Of a DNA stretch of 64,000 bases, positions 10,036 to 20,009 are shown piece after piece. Both the position numbers and the translations under genes were made by a program. Numbering within the stretch: position 1 is the first letter of the stretch; each line of letters starts with the position of its first letter. The DNA is from a virus: positions 7,279-71,278 of IMG/VR virus record IMGVR_UViG_3300032323_000630; one strand, written 5' to 3'. The notes below the pieces were generated by a model. The model saw only the letters and a list, made by a program, of their open reading frames with translations, did no database searches and had not been told where the DNA came from.

Positions 10036-12078
10036 TTATGGAGTTATTGCACCCACTGTGATTGTTGGTGTTTCTACTGAAAAAGTTCCGGTTCCCGAGG
10101 GTCTAAGTGTTCCAGATGCTTCAAGGGTATTCGCTGACAATGTTATTGTTCCGTCAACTGAATCATAGGCAGCCGCTCCAGGATGTGAATCTAACCATTC
10201 CACTAAGAATTCGATAGTATTGGCTGTTCCTGTGCTGTTATCAGACACTGACGGAGTTCTAGCAGCTATTCTATATATATTTGCAGAATAAGGGCTAGTA
10301 GAACTAGCAGTGTAAAAATACTGAAAAGTACTTGAAAGTCTATAATAATTCTGACCATCATTAGGTTCGGTCACTGGGCTTGGTTTTATTCCACCAAATG
10401 CCACTGTGCCAACGCTGTTTAATAATGTATTCCAAGATGCATTTTGTTGTGACGCAGCACCTCCGGATATAGAAGAGATAAAACGTATTTCACTGCCGCT
10501 GTTAAAAAATGCTCGAGCTTTGTTTGCTGTTGTAAATGAAACAGTTACAGTGCTTTGGATCTTAGTGGTCCACGATGCGCCATAAACTCCTGGCCACGTC
10601 TGCTGTGCATTCCAAAAAACGCCTGCAGATGGTCCGGTCCTTGTGATTGCCTGACTAGAATGTACGCCAAATCTATTGGCTACTAACACACTGGCAAAAG
10701 TTCGATATGACGTGTAAGGAGATGTACCGGAATTGGCTTTTACCAATTGACCTTCAACTGCTGTTACCGGAGAAGGCAGTGCCCCGAATTGATGGACCCA
10801 AGCGTTGATAATATCATATCTTAAATTTCCCCACTCGTTCACTGTTACTCTTGTGTTTTCATTTACCTGCGAACTCAATAGTGTTTGACCGTATCCGTAA
10901 TCAGCTGCACCGACCCCCATTACTGAAGCTACATCACTTTGTATCGTGTTGTAATCAACCATCTGTATTTTCTTATCTAAGATAACAGCTGGACCACTGG
11001 TGATTGAGCTATCGCCTACCGTAAAAGTTTTCGAAGCAAATCCATTATTTAAAGATATAACTGCAGTCTCGTTTCCTTCAGTAGTTGAATCTGATGCCAT
11101 TGTTAATGTAACAGATGCAGTTCCGGTGATTCCCCCGTCAATGCTTGAAACTGTAAAATTACCAGTGAGTGAAGCTGGGCTAAAATCTGCTGCTGCAACT
11201 CCAGTAATTGTATAAGGCAGCACTGCGCCGTTAGCAACATTCCTAGTTGATAAAGTTATCGTTATAGGACTGCCTTCTGCCACACCCGGAGCTGAGGTGG
11301 TTATTGTAAAGACAGCTTCGTCATACTGTAGAATGATTAGCCCGGTGCCGCCTGATCCACCACTTTGAGCAGCTAGAGTAAGATTAGGAGCGGCTGGAGA
11401 ATTGTTATATGATTCTAACGTACCTTTTGAAGTTAGGGTTCCACCTGCACTGCCGCCGCCGCCACCACCGCCGGTATTTGGTGAACCGTTGGCTCCCACG
11501 CCCTCGTTTCCGCCTCGGCCACCGCCGCCATCGCCGCCGTATGCAGAAATAACAGGACGGGCAGATCCGGCAGAAAAAGTTGGACCACCGCCTCCACCGC
11601 CACCACCATAGGAAGTTCCATTGAATATGTATCCGTTTCCGCCAAATCCACCAGAAGCACCACCGATGCCATTACTGCCGGACCCGGCGCCACCGCCGCC
11701 AGTACCACTGGCTGTGCCACCAGTGTAATTTGTGGTTGTTGATAGGATTAATGACGAGCTTGCACCACCTGTGCCTGATATCCCTCTATCACCGCCAGCT
11801 ACAGTAGTTGATCCAAATGTAGTAGTTCCACCGGTAACTCCAGCAGCACCGCTAGATCCTACAGTATATGTTACTGTCCCCCCCGGTGTTACAGAAATTC
11901 CCATGACATAACGAACTCTGCCACCGCCACCGCCGCCACCGCCGCTAGTAGTTCCATTACCTGTACCGCCACCACCACCGCCACCTACGAGAAATGCGTT
12001 TACTAAAAAACAATTAGAAGGCACTGTCCAGAGAGATGATGGAACCGTAGAAGTAAGGGTAACTGTTTGTAATGCCAT
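10036..12078 (-). CDS. Gly-rich virion fibre/structural protein with a Calx-beta-like domain
   Basis: Poly-Gly GGGGG tracts and AEG..ITITL..DSTTEGNET segment. The C-terminal ~310 aa are paralogous to the 313-aa neighbour (AR.FFNSG..IRF). Confidence 0.7.
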   Translation of the reverse strand: MALQTVTLTSTVPSSLWTVPSNCFLVNAFLVGGGGGGGTGNGTTSGGGGGGGGRVRYVMGISVTPGGTVTYTVGSSGAAGVTGGTTTFGSTTVAGGDRGISGTGGASSSLILSTTTNYTGGTASGTGGGGAGSGSNGIGGASGGFGGNGYIFNGTSYGGGGGGGGPTFSAGSARPVISAYGGDGGGGRGGNEGVGANGSPNTGGGGGGGSAGGTLTSKGTLESYNNSPAAPNLTLAAQSGGSGGTGLIILQYDEAVFTITTSAPGVAEGSPITITLSTRNVANGAVLPYTITGVAAADFSPASLTGNFTVSSIDGGITGTASVTLTMASDSTTEGNETAVISLNNGFASKTFTVGDSSITSGPAVILDKKIQMVDYNTIQSDVASVMGVGAADYGYGQTLLSSQVNENTRVTVNEWGNLRYDIINAWVHQFGALPSPVTAVEGQLVKANSGTSPYTSYRTFASVLVANRFGVHSSQAITRTGPSAGVFWNAQQTWPGVYGASWTTKIQSTVTVSFTTANKARAFFNSGSEIRFISSISGGAASQQNASWNTLLNSVGTVAFGGIKPSPVTEPNDGQNYYRLSSTFQYFYTASSTSPYSANIYRIAARTPSVSDNSTGTANTIEFLVEWLDSHPGAAAYDSVDGTITLSANTLEASGTLRPSGTGTFSVETPTITVGAITP

Positions 12079-12105
12079 ATCGTAATTATCTTCCTTTTGT
12101 CGTGC

Positions 12106-12112
12106 TATTTAA
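12106..12112 (-). promoter_or_regulatory. Putative late promoter TTAAATA
   Basis: TAAATA core in the intergenic gap upstream of 12078. Confidence 0.45.
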
Positions 12113-12117
12113 CATCA

Positions 12118-13059
12118 TTAAGTAGCAGATATAGCAGATATTGAATATGTTGGGCTGGTAATTGCAAATGACCCGCTAGGTATCAAAGATCCTGCTGCTT
12201 TAAATTCTTGAACTGTAAGACTCAATGTGCCATCTACAGTATCTCCTGGCGGATCAATGTGTGGATCTAAATAGTCGTCTTTCCAAGTAATTCTAAATGT
12301 TACTACACTAGCTGTGCCATTTGTGTTAGTTGGGTCTGTACAATTACATAGTGCTTCTATTCTGTAAAAATTTGAAGAATACGGAGTAGTCGAAGACAAT
12401 GTATACCATTGTTGATAGGATGTAGTCAGATTATAAAAATTAACAAGGGCGGGAGTCTGTGCACCAAAATTTACAGTACCTACTGAAGTACTTAATAAAT
12501 TTGACCATGCATTGTTCTGTGATGTAGATGCGCCACCTGTTCGTGAACTGGTAAATCTTATCTTACCACCGCTGTTGAAAAAATATCTAGCTTCATTAGC
12601 TGTAGAAAATGTCACTGTGAGAGTGCATTGACTCTGTGTACTCCAAGATCCGGTTCTAGATATAACACCAGGAGAAGTTTCACCTGTCATTGATGCAATT
12701 GACAATATAGATTGCCCTGCACCGATATTGAATCTATTAAGTATTGCTTGTTCTGCTAGGAAGTCATAGTTGGTATTGGCATATCCGGCACCGTAACCAA
12801 TAACATCACCACTTGACACTGTTACTACAGGTGGTGTAGTGCCCTCTTGATGTACTAAGGTGTTAACTAAATCATAACGCAACAGATCCCATTGCATTTT
12901 AGTTATATTATTGCCGGCAAATAATGCAGTACTAGATGTAGGTTGACCGTAACCCTGTTGTCCGGAGCCAGTGCCAAGTATGGCTATGATTTTATTTCGT
13001 ATGGCATTATAGTCCGTAGCCGCTATTCTTTGTGGGCTTTGTGTGTCAAACTTAGGCAT
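12118..13059 (-). CDS. Virion structural (tail/fibre-associated) protein
   Basis: Ser/Thr/Gly-rich. GYGQ, W.LLRYD and ARYFFNSGGKIRF are shared with the upstream paralogue. Confidence 0.65.
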   Translation of the reverse strand: MPKFDTQSPQRIAATDYNAIRNKIIAILGTGSGQQGYGQPTSSTALFAGNNITKMQWDLLRYDLVNTLVHQEGTTPPVVTVSSGDVIGYGAGYANTNYDFLAEQAILNRFNIGAGQSILSIASMTGETSPGVISRTGSWSTQSQCTLTVTFSTANEARYFFNSGGKIRFTSSRTGGASTSQNNAWSNLLSTSVGTVNFGAQTPALVNFYNLTTSYQQWYTLSSTTPYSSNFYRIEALCNCTDPTNTNGTASVVTFRITWKDDYLDPHIDPPGDTVDGTLSLTVQEFKAAGSLIPSGSFAITSPTYSISAISAT

Positions 13060-13062
13060 TTT

Positions 13063-14838
13063 TTACAGCACCACTGCTTCGATTAATTTAACTTCAGCAT
13101 CATTGCTGGACTCTAATGCTATAGCAAAGACATCTAACCGATCAGCTGCAACTTGAGCACATCCCCAATCTCCAGCAACTAGTCTGTCTCCTTTTTTAAC
13201 TGCACCATTTACTTTAACAGGTACACGTCCTTTTAAGGCAATATAAGTACCGCCTTCTAAATCTTTGTTCATCATAAATGCCGGATTAGCACTTACTACA
13301 CCTATGGCTAACTCGCCATAACTAGATGCTGTAACTTCTGCTGCGCCACCGACTACAACTACTGTGCCAACTTCGTACTCTTGATCTGCTAGATATTTTT
13401 CAGCTAGGTCAGCATAACGAGCTGCCGTGGCTGTACCTTGGAATAGACTAGCATATATGTCACCGCTTGCATCTCTAGCTGCGATCGTATTAGCTGTAGC
13501 TGTGGTTGCAGATGATCTATATGTTGCACCGACTAATAATTGATCAGCCTTGTCTGTTGTTCCCGAGAATCTCACAGCAGTGATATTACCAGACGCATCT
13601 CTAATTGCAACTGTATTAGCTGTGGCTGTAATCGCTGGAAGTTTAGAATCTAAGGCTGTGGCATTTGATGCTGTTCCTGTAACGTTACCTAAAACGTTAC
13701 CTGTTAACGTTCCTTGTAAATTAGCAGCACTGTATCCAATTTGTTTAGTTGTAGCATTGATTAATACTGTGGAATCAGTTCCGACAACGTTTCCTGTAAG
13801 CGTTCCAGTAAATGCCTTGGTACTAGCATTATAGGCAGTAGTTGAATCATTGGCTAATATATTGCTGTTGATCGATGCAGCATAAACTGTGGCCCACTTG
13901 TTCAATGAAGACCCTAGGTTATAAACATTTGTTACACCAGGAACGATTCCGGTTCTATCAAATACAGCAACATCACGCTCATCAGTGGTGTCTGTTACTG
14001 TGATTCTCATTGTGATTTCGTTACCTAAACGATTTTCAATGATTACTTCATCGGAATTTTCAACACGAATACGGAGATCGTTACCGTCACCCAGATTGAA
14101 TCCTGGATCCTTAAATGCTATTTCACTGTCAAAAATAACACTACCTTTTTGTATATAATCTGAAGCAAGAACACCGCCTAATCTTAGAGCATTTGATGCG
14201 GTTCCCCAATATAAGTAGTCGCCTTGGCTCACACCCGACGTATTAGTAGATGCTAAAGTAATACCTTTCTTAATGACATTTGGACTGGTAAATCCGGAAA
14301 TTGGATTTACTGTAGTGCTTAGATTAAATGCCGGATCATTATTGATAATAGCTACACAATTTCCAGCTGCTAAAAGTTTGAGAATAGTATGACTATTATT
14401 AAGATCATCTTTGACTACCTGAGCTACTACTGAACTAGTACCTAAATCGGGACTAGCTTCAGGGCCTACCAAGATAAATTGTGTGCCATCGTAGGTATAA
14501 AGCTGTTTAGCTGTAGAATCCCACCAAAACTCACCCACTGACAGTCCGCTAGGAGCAGTTATGCTGACTTCTGCACCGCCTGCAACTTTGTATTGGGCAC
14601 CGTTATAAAATTTTAATCTTTTATTGGCGCTGTCATACCAAATCTGACCCAATATTGATTTAGGCGGTTGAGTGGTATTTGCAAAATTTTCTAATAAATG
14701 TAGGAAATTTTCATTCTGTACTTCACCGTATCCTGCGTAGTTTTTACCTACAAAACGCAGATCGGTGGTGCTATCGATTGTTCCGTCTTCTACAGAAGTT
14801 AAAAATGTCCCGTTAAACTTGTCTACTTGGTATGCCAT
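13063..14838 (-). CDS. Tail fibre protein with C-terminal intramolecular-chaperone/autocleavage-like domain
   Basis: Shared N-terminal anchor (LRFVGKNYAGYGE..NENFLHLLENFA). C-terminal ARYADLAEKY..GVVS.NP..IALKGRVPVKV.G..KGDRLV. Confidence 0.75.
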   Translation of the reverse strand: MAYQVDKFNGTFLTSVEDGTIDSTTDLRFVGKNYAGYGEVQNENFLHLLENFANTTQPPKSILGQIWYDSANKRLKFYNGAQYKVAGGAEVSITAPSGLSVGEFWWDSTAKQLYTYDGTQFILVGPEASPDLGTSSVVAQVVKDDLNNSHTILKLLAAGNCVAIINNDPAFNLSTTVNPISGFTSPNVIKKGITLASTNTSGVSQGDYLYWGTASNALRLGGVLASDYIQKGSVIFDSEIAFKDPGFNLGDGNDLRIRVENSDEVIIENRLGNEITMRITVTDTTDERDVAVFDRTGIVPGVTNVYNLGSSLNKWATVYAASINSNILANDSTTAYNASTKAFTGTLTGNVVGTDSTVLINATTKQIGYSAANLQGTLTGNVLGNVTGTASNATALDSKLPAITATANTVAIRDASGNITAVRFSGTTDKADQLLVGATYRSSATTATANTIAARDASGDIYASLFQGTATAARYADLAEKYLADQEYEVGTVVVVGGAAEVTASSYGELAIGVVSANPAFMMNKDLEGGTYIALKGRVPVKVNGAVKKGDRLVAGDWGCAQVAADRLDVFAIALESSNDAEVKLIEAVVL

Positions 14839-14862
14839 GCTTGTTAGCCCCTAATGATAATA

Positions 14863-14870
14863 TATTTATT
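14863..14870 (-). promoter_or_regulatory. Putative late promoter AATAAATA
   Basis: T4 gp55-type TATAAATA-like box 25 nt upstream of the ATG at 14838. Confidence 0.6.
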
Positions 14871-14881
14871 AGTATTTGTTA

Positions 14882-15319
14882 CTATCCCACGCTGACGTCT
14901 GGCTTAGGCCAAAAGGCATAGATATCCGGATTGTCTTTATACACCTGTTTAGCAGAGGAATGATTTTCTACTTTTTGTTTGATAAAATCACGCATTTCTA
15001 CGAATTCAGGTGTTAACGGAATTCCTGCTTTTTCTATGCAGTCGGCAATGATGTTTAATTGTGCATGTACAGGATAGTTAATTAAAATTTCCTTGTTAAC
15101 TACTGTATCGATGGCAATTTCATCGATTAATGGTAATTCGTGTTTATCGACAACTCGTCCTGTGGCATAATCGCCCCAATAGTATTCTTCTGCGCCTATT
15201 TCTAAAACTTTATGTTTTATCGAAGAAGCTGTTAGATTAGCTGCAAACGCAGCAGTATACTCTACTACGGATATTGGGTTTGCACCGTCGTTACTAAAAA
15301 TTATAATTTTTTGTGTCAT
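14882..15319 (-). CDS. Hypothetical protein, possible fibre-assembly chaperone
   Basis: ATG 15319 forms an ATGA overlap with the oxygenase stop. Its position after a fibre gene and the YPVHAQLN motif are suggestive only. Confidence 0.55.
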   Translation of the reverse strand: MTQKIIIFSNDGANPISVVEYTAAFAANLTASSIKHKVLEIGAEEYYWGDYATGRVVDKHELPLIDEIAIDTVVNKEILINYPVHAQLNIIADCIEKAGIPLTPEFVEMRDFIKQKVENHSSAKQVYKDNPDIYAFWPKPDVSVG

Positions 15320-15813
15320 AATATTTTCCCCCAAGTTAATACAAGACTATACTTTGGGTTTTCATCCTGTTCAATTTTTGTTACTTCGTGTTCTAAATTT
15401 ATTGGCATCTCAAGCAGCATGCCTGGTTTTTCTTCTACTAAATGTTGTTCGCCTGTCTTATCATACCATGCGAAATGCGGACGATCGGATCTTAAAAAGA
15501 TTAACTTAAATTTCCAATACCCTCCGGCACTGTCTTTATGCCTTAATAGATAATCACCGGGCTCATATCTATTAATTACAAAACTATCACAGCTACGATC
15601 TCCTGCAGGAAGTGATTCATACACAAGATCTTTTAATTCATCGGGCATGTTCCATCGAAACATACTTTTCATCTGGCTATCACCGTAGTTTGTAGAAAAA
15701 TTATATTCCTCGCCAGTTTTTCTTAAATGGAATTTATCTTGATGTTGTTCTACTAATTCAATAATAGCATCAACATTCTTACAGTAATCCTCCACATAAG
15801 ATACTGCCATCAT
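15316..15813 (-). CDS. 2OG-Fe(II) oxygenase superfamily protein
   Basis: INRYEPGDYLLRHKD (HxD), distal HEVTKI and KYSLV. Start placed at the ATGA overlap with the fibre stop. Confidence 0.8.
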   Translation of the reverse strand: MMAVSYVEDYCKNVDAIIELVEQHQDKFHLRKTGEEYNFSTNYGDSQMKSMFRWNMPDELKDLVYESLPAGDRSCDSFVINRYEPGDYLLRHKDSAGGYWKFKLIFLRSDRPHFAWYDKTGEQHLVEEKPGMLLEMPINLEHEVTKIEQDENPKYSLVLTWGKIL

Positions 15814-18164
15814 ACATAACTCCAAACGCCTGTGTAATTCCAGGTAGTGCCGTTTGATGAATACACTAATTTAAATCCTGTAGAACTATTGTATAATGTT
15901 GTCGTAGCACCAACACTTAATGATCCCCATGCATAGGCATTAATCCATCTGCCGCCTGATACTGATGTATTGGTAGCTGCATATATCACGTTAATGATAA
16001 AATCAAATGTTGTTCCTACTGTTACTGAGTTAGCTGGTAGGTATGCATTGATTAAATCTGCATATTGCGCACTCGGTGATGTTAGATTAGGTTGCGGATC
16101 ACTGATGGCTAATTTGTTTGGAATCTTAGATAACATATTATCTACGTATGCTGTGGTAGCTATTCGTGTGCTGTTATCAAATGCTGTGCGTGTTGTAGAA
16201 AATTGAGCATTTACCGCTGTGGTATTCAATACGTTAGTTGCAGCATTATATGTTAAATTAGTATCTACCTTAGCAGGAAGAGAACCAGTAGATGCAGTAA
16301 CAAATGTTACATACCCTGTGGTTGTTACATTGTCAGCGGTCACTCCAATGTTAGTGGCATTAGTAGCAGCTGATGCCGTACCTGTTAAGTTAGCTGTGAT
16401 CGTACCTGCTGCGAAATTTCCACTAACATCACGTACCACTACTTTGCTGGCTGTGTTTGTAGACACTGCATCAACATAGATTGTAACAGGAACTGAACTT
16501 GACCCATCATAGGTCGCTATCGGTGCATCGGTTATTGTATTTTTTAATGCAAGATGTGTTCCAGGAGTTAATCCTTCAAATGTTGGATTTGCCCATACTA
16601 ATGTATTCCCTGCGGCTGCTTTTAAAATTTGTCCAGGTGTTCCTACTGCTAACATTCCTGTTGTTGATACTGCTGTTTGATAAGGAATAGCACCGGCTCC
16701 CCCACCCACAACATTCGTTGCACGAGTAGCTAATGTAGCTGTATCTGCATTGCCAATTAAATTATTAGCATATATGTTGTTCCATTCGGCCGCAGGATGC
16801 CCTAGATTAGTTACACCTTCTGTGTCTGGAATAAATGCAGGTGCATTTGATCCCCCCAATGCCAATGATTCTGATGCTGGAATAAAACTTAAATCTGTAA
16901 CGGCACCTGGCTGACTAGTATCTGCAATATCAAAATTAATTTTTTTATTAGTTGCTGTTACTCGAATAGTAGGAGTCGCACCATCTATTAACATTTTAAA
17001 TTGACTGCCGACATTAATTCCGGCATCAGCTACGTTGAGATTAGTTAATAATCCCACAGTACTTAAATTAGATTCAGCTACGGATGGGTTGATAAACGTA
17101 CCTGTTAGAGTCTGTGCGCTAGCTGGAACCGTAACGTTAGCAGTACCATCAAATAGCACACCGTTGATTGTTCTGGCTGCAACTAATTTTGTTGCTGAAA
17201 ATGCATTGCCGCTGAGTGTTGGTCCAATGAATTCGTTAGCGACAATTCTGTTGAATGTACTAGTACCTGAAGCGGCTGTAACATTACCTGTTACTGCTCC
17301 AACTAGATCAGCAGTTATAGTACCTGCAGCAAATCCGCCTGAACTATTTCTTACAACAACTTTTCCAATTATATTAGATGAAGTGGCATCTACTGCCCAT
17401 GTTATTTCACCGGATCCATCAAAATCCGATCCTGTTAGATAATCACCCTTAACCAATTTATTGGTAGTGCTGGATTTAACAGTGATATTAGATCCGCCAT
17501 TAAATGACACACCATTAATAGTTCTTGGATTTTCTAGGAATGTAGCACTAGTGGCATTTCCAACCAGACTGCCTTTGACCTTTCTTAAACTTGAAAGAGT
17601 GATCCCTGTTTCGAGATCTAAAAATCCTTCAACTGCATTTGATGCAGCGATAGTAAATGCTATTGAAGAACAGATAGCGATCACAATGCCGTTTACAGTT
17701 AATAAAATTACTGGTCTAGAAGTACCGGTAGTATCTAATAAAGAAGTGCTTCTAGCTCGTGTGGTTCCAAATCCAGCTACAGCTTCTGGCCCAATAAATG
17801 CCCATCCTGCTGCGGTCCAAACATGTAGGGTGTTATCTGTGGTTCTTAACCATAGCTGTCCCACTGATGGTCCTTCTGGAGCTGTTATGGATAATACTGC
17901 TGCTCCTACGATGGCCCATTTTGTGCCATCATAGACATGTAATAAGTTACTTGTAGAATTAAACCAAGTTTGACCTTTTAATGGTCTTGCTGGTGGCGCA
18001 GTGTTGGCAAAATTTTCTAATAGGAAAACAAAATTTTCATTTTGTGTTTCACCGTATCCAACATAATTTCTGCCAACTAATCCTAGACTGGTAGAAGTAT
18101 TGATGGTACCGTCTTCTAGAACTATTAGTTCTGTACCATTAAATTTGTTTATCGTATATGCCAT
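15810..18164 (-). CDS. Tail fibre protein
   Basis: Shared N-terminal anchor. Repeated RTINGV.F.G and SKVVVRD.SG.FAAGTITA.L.G fibre motifs. Confidence 0.8.
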   Translation of the reverse strand: MAYTINKFNGTELIVLEDGTINTSTSLGLVGRNYVGYGETQNENFVFLLENFANTAPPARPLKGQTWFNSTSNLLHVYDGTKWAIVGAAVLSITAPEGPSVGQLWLRTTDNTLHVWTAAGWAFIGPEAVAGFGTTRARSTSLLDTTGTSRPVILLTVNGIVIAICSSIAFTIAASNAVEGFLDLETGITLSSLRKVKGSLVGNATSATFLENPRTINGVSFNGGSNITVKSSTTNKLVKGDYLTGSDFDGSGEITWAVDATSSNIIGKVVVRNSSGGFAAGTITADLVGAVTGNVTAASGTSTFNRIVANEFIGPTLSGNAFSATKLVAARTINGVLFDGTANVTVPASAQTLTGTFINPSVAESNLSTVGLLTNLNVADAGINVGSQFKMLIDGATPTIRVTATNKKINFDIADTSQPGAVTDLSFIPASESLALGGSNAPAFIPDTEGVTNLGHPAAEWNNIYANNLIGNADTATLATRATNVVGGGAGAIPYQTAVSTTGMLAVGTPGQILKAAAGNTLVWANPTFEGLTPGTHLALKNTITDAPIATYDGSSSVPVTIYVDAVSTNTASKVVVRDVSGNFAAGTITANLTGTASAATNATNIGVTADNVTTTGYVTFVTASTGSLPAKVDTNLTYNAATNVLNTTAVNAQFSTTRTAFDNSTRIATTAYVDNMLSKIPNKLAISDPQPNLTSPSAQYADLINAYLPANSVTVGTTFDFIINVIYAATNTSVSGGRWINAYAWGSLSVGATTTLYNSSTGFKLVYSSNGTTWNYTGVWSYV

Positions 18165-18180
18165 TTATTCGCCCCTGGTC

Positions 18181-19995
18181 TTAGAATGTTGCGCTGTCTG
18201 AAATATGTGTCCATGATCCTACTTGAATTTGGAATACTTTAATGAATCTCAATATAGAAATTGGTGCAGCTGGCACAGTGGCCACACTAACTGCAACGTT
18301 AGTCACTGCCGGAGCAGTTCCTGTTGGTGTGTCAAATGTTGCTGTGCTTTGACTTATCAATGGATTGATATCTAATGTTGTGGTAGCGTTGTTTGCGATA
18401 CTACATAAAATTCTACAATATGTCTGATCTCTATAATCCGGTCCTGGTGGTGCCATTACGTTAAGGATATTATTAATAATATAGATATTAGTCTGACCGT
18501 CACTTAGATCCATACTAAGCAATATTGTACGTGTTTCTAACACATTGTCTACGTATTCTTTTGTAGCAGCATCCTGTGAACTTGTAGGATCTGCTAAGCC
18601 TGTGATTTTAGGTAACCCAATCAGTACCACATTACCGGTGCCGTCTGGTTCTAGTTCAATGTCATAGTTGCTAGATATGGTGGAAATTCTATTATTCTCT
18701 AGACGCATCCGTGTAACTGGTGGTGATCCTGGTCCGATGTTCACTGTATTCTGTGTACCAAATGATGTTACACCCGGGATTGCCGTAATTCCAGGTCCTA
18801 GACTAGAACCTGATAATACCGTGATACCGTTAATTTTAAATTCTTTACCTGCAGTTAGATTGATATGCTCAGTACTGTCCCATGAAGTTTGAGGACCGTT
18901 CCACAAAAATTCATGATCTGTAGTTCCTCGCAGTATGATACCGCCACCGTCTGCATTTGCATCAGTTCCTGCGGTGCTGTCACCTGCACTGGCTAATACG
19001 ATATTTTTATCTTCGATAGTTAATACTTCAGTATTAACAGTTGTGGTATTACCTGTAACTGTTAAATCTCCTTGAACTAGGAGGCTTCCACCGATGTTAA
19101 CTTGACTAGTAGCCTGCCCTACATAAAGATCAATAATTCTAGTAGCAGCTTGTATTGATATTGCATTTTCTTGATTGATACCCTTACGAACATTTAAAAT
19201 TAAATTTCTATCTGTAGCAGTATTTTGTAAAAACACATTACCGGTGTTTACGTTAAATGCCCCTTGGCCAGCTGATCCGATAACTAATCCAAGATCTGCT
19301 GTGAGTTGCAACTGTCCGTTAATTGAATTTGAAGTATCTTTTCTTACGTAGGTCGCTGCTGTAACACCGCCTAGGGATTCCGAATTAGTACATGTCACTG
19401 CAAATTTTAATCCGGCAAGATTTCCAGCATTAAATCCAGGAATAATGTTTCCAGTAAATCCCGAAATCGCTACTTTAGGAGTGAAAGAATCTTTAGCAAA
19501 TATACCTAGTAGTATTCCATTGTTATAAAGATATGTAACAACTCGAGTTTGATTCAATGTATCTAAGATGCTAGCTACCTTTAACCCGCTGAGTCCTTGG
19601 CTGGCAGAATACGAAGGTCCTAGAAGTATTACTGTTGTACCATCGTAAAAATATAACTGTCTATCAACATCATTAAACCACAGATCTCCTACTCCTAAAG
19701 ACGGAGGTTGTGTATTGGCAATAGTTGCAGAGCTTACTGGTAGAAATTGTGTACCGCTATAAACTTTTAATTTTAATTCAGAAACATCAAACCATATCTG
19801 GCCACGTGTTGGATGTGTAGGCCTAGTTGTGCTGGCAAAATTTTCTAGAAGCTTAATAAAATTCTCATTTAAAGCTTCGCCGAATCCGCTATAGTTTTTT
19901 CCGATAAGTGTGAGGTCCGTGGATAATATATCAACCTGACCGTCTGCGACGGTTGCTATAACTGTTCCATCTGTTTTGTTTATTTGATATGCCAT
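18181..19995 (-). CDS. Tail fibre/baseplate-associated fibre protein
   Basis: Shared N-terminal anchor, GDLTVTG.TTTVNT..IEDKNIVL and DAATKEYVD fibre motifs. Confidence 0.8.
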   Translation of the reverse strand: MAYQINKTDGTVIATVADGQVDILSTDLTLIGKNYSGFGEALNENFIKLLENFASTTRPTHPTRGQIWFDVSELKLKVYSGTQFLPVSSATIANTQPPSLGVGDLWFNDVDRQLYFYDGTTVILLGPSYSASQGLSGLKVASILDTLNQTRVVTYLYNNGILLGIFAKDSFTPKVAISGFTGNIIPGFNAGNLAGLKFAVTCTNSESLGGVTAATYVRKDTSNSINGQLQLTADLGLVIGSAGQGAFNVNTGNVFLQNTATDRNLILNVRKGINQENAISIQAATRIIDLYVGQATSQVNIGGSLLVQGDLTVTGNTTTVNTEVLTIEDKNIVLASAGDSTAGTDANADGGGIILRGTTDHEFLWNGPQTSWDSTEHINLTAGKEFKINGITVLSGSSLGPGITAIPGVTSFGTQNTVNIGPGSPPVTRMRLENNRISTISSNYDIELEPDGTGNVVLIGLPKITGLADPTSSQDAATKEYVDNVLETRTILLSMDLSDGQTNIYIINNILNVMAPPGPDYRDQTYCRILCSIANNATTTLDINPLISQSTATFDTPTGTAPAVTNVAVSVATVPAAPISILRFIKVFQIQVGSWTHISDSATF

Positions 19996-20009
19996 TTATT
20001 TTTCTCTAA

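Noticed and set aside
11440-11990. GC-rich (CCG/CCA)n tracts
   Set aside because: These simply encode polyglycine runs of the fibre protein and are not a DNA-level repeat element.
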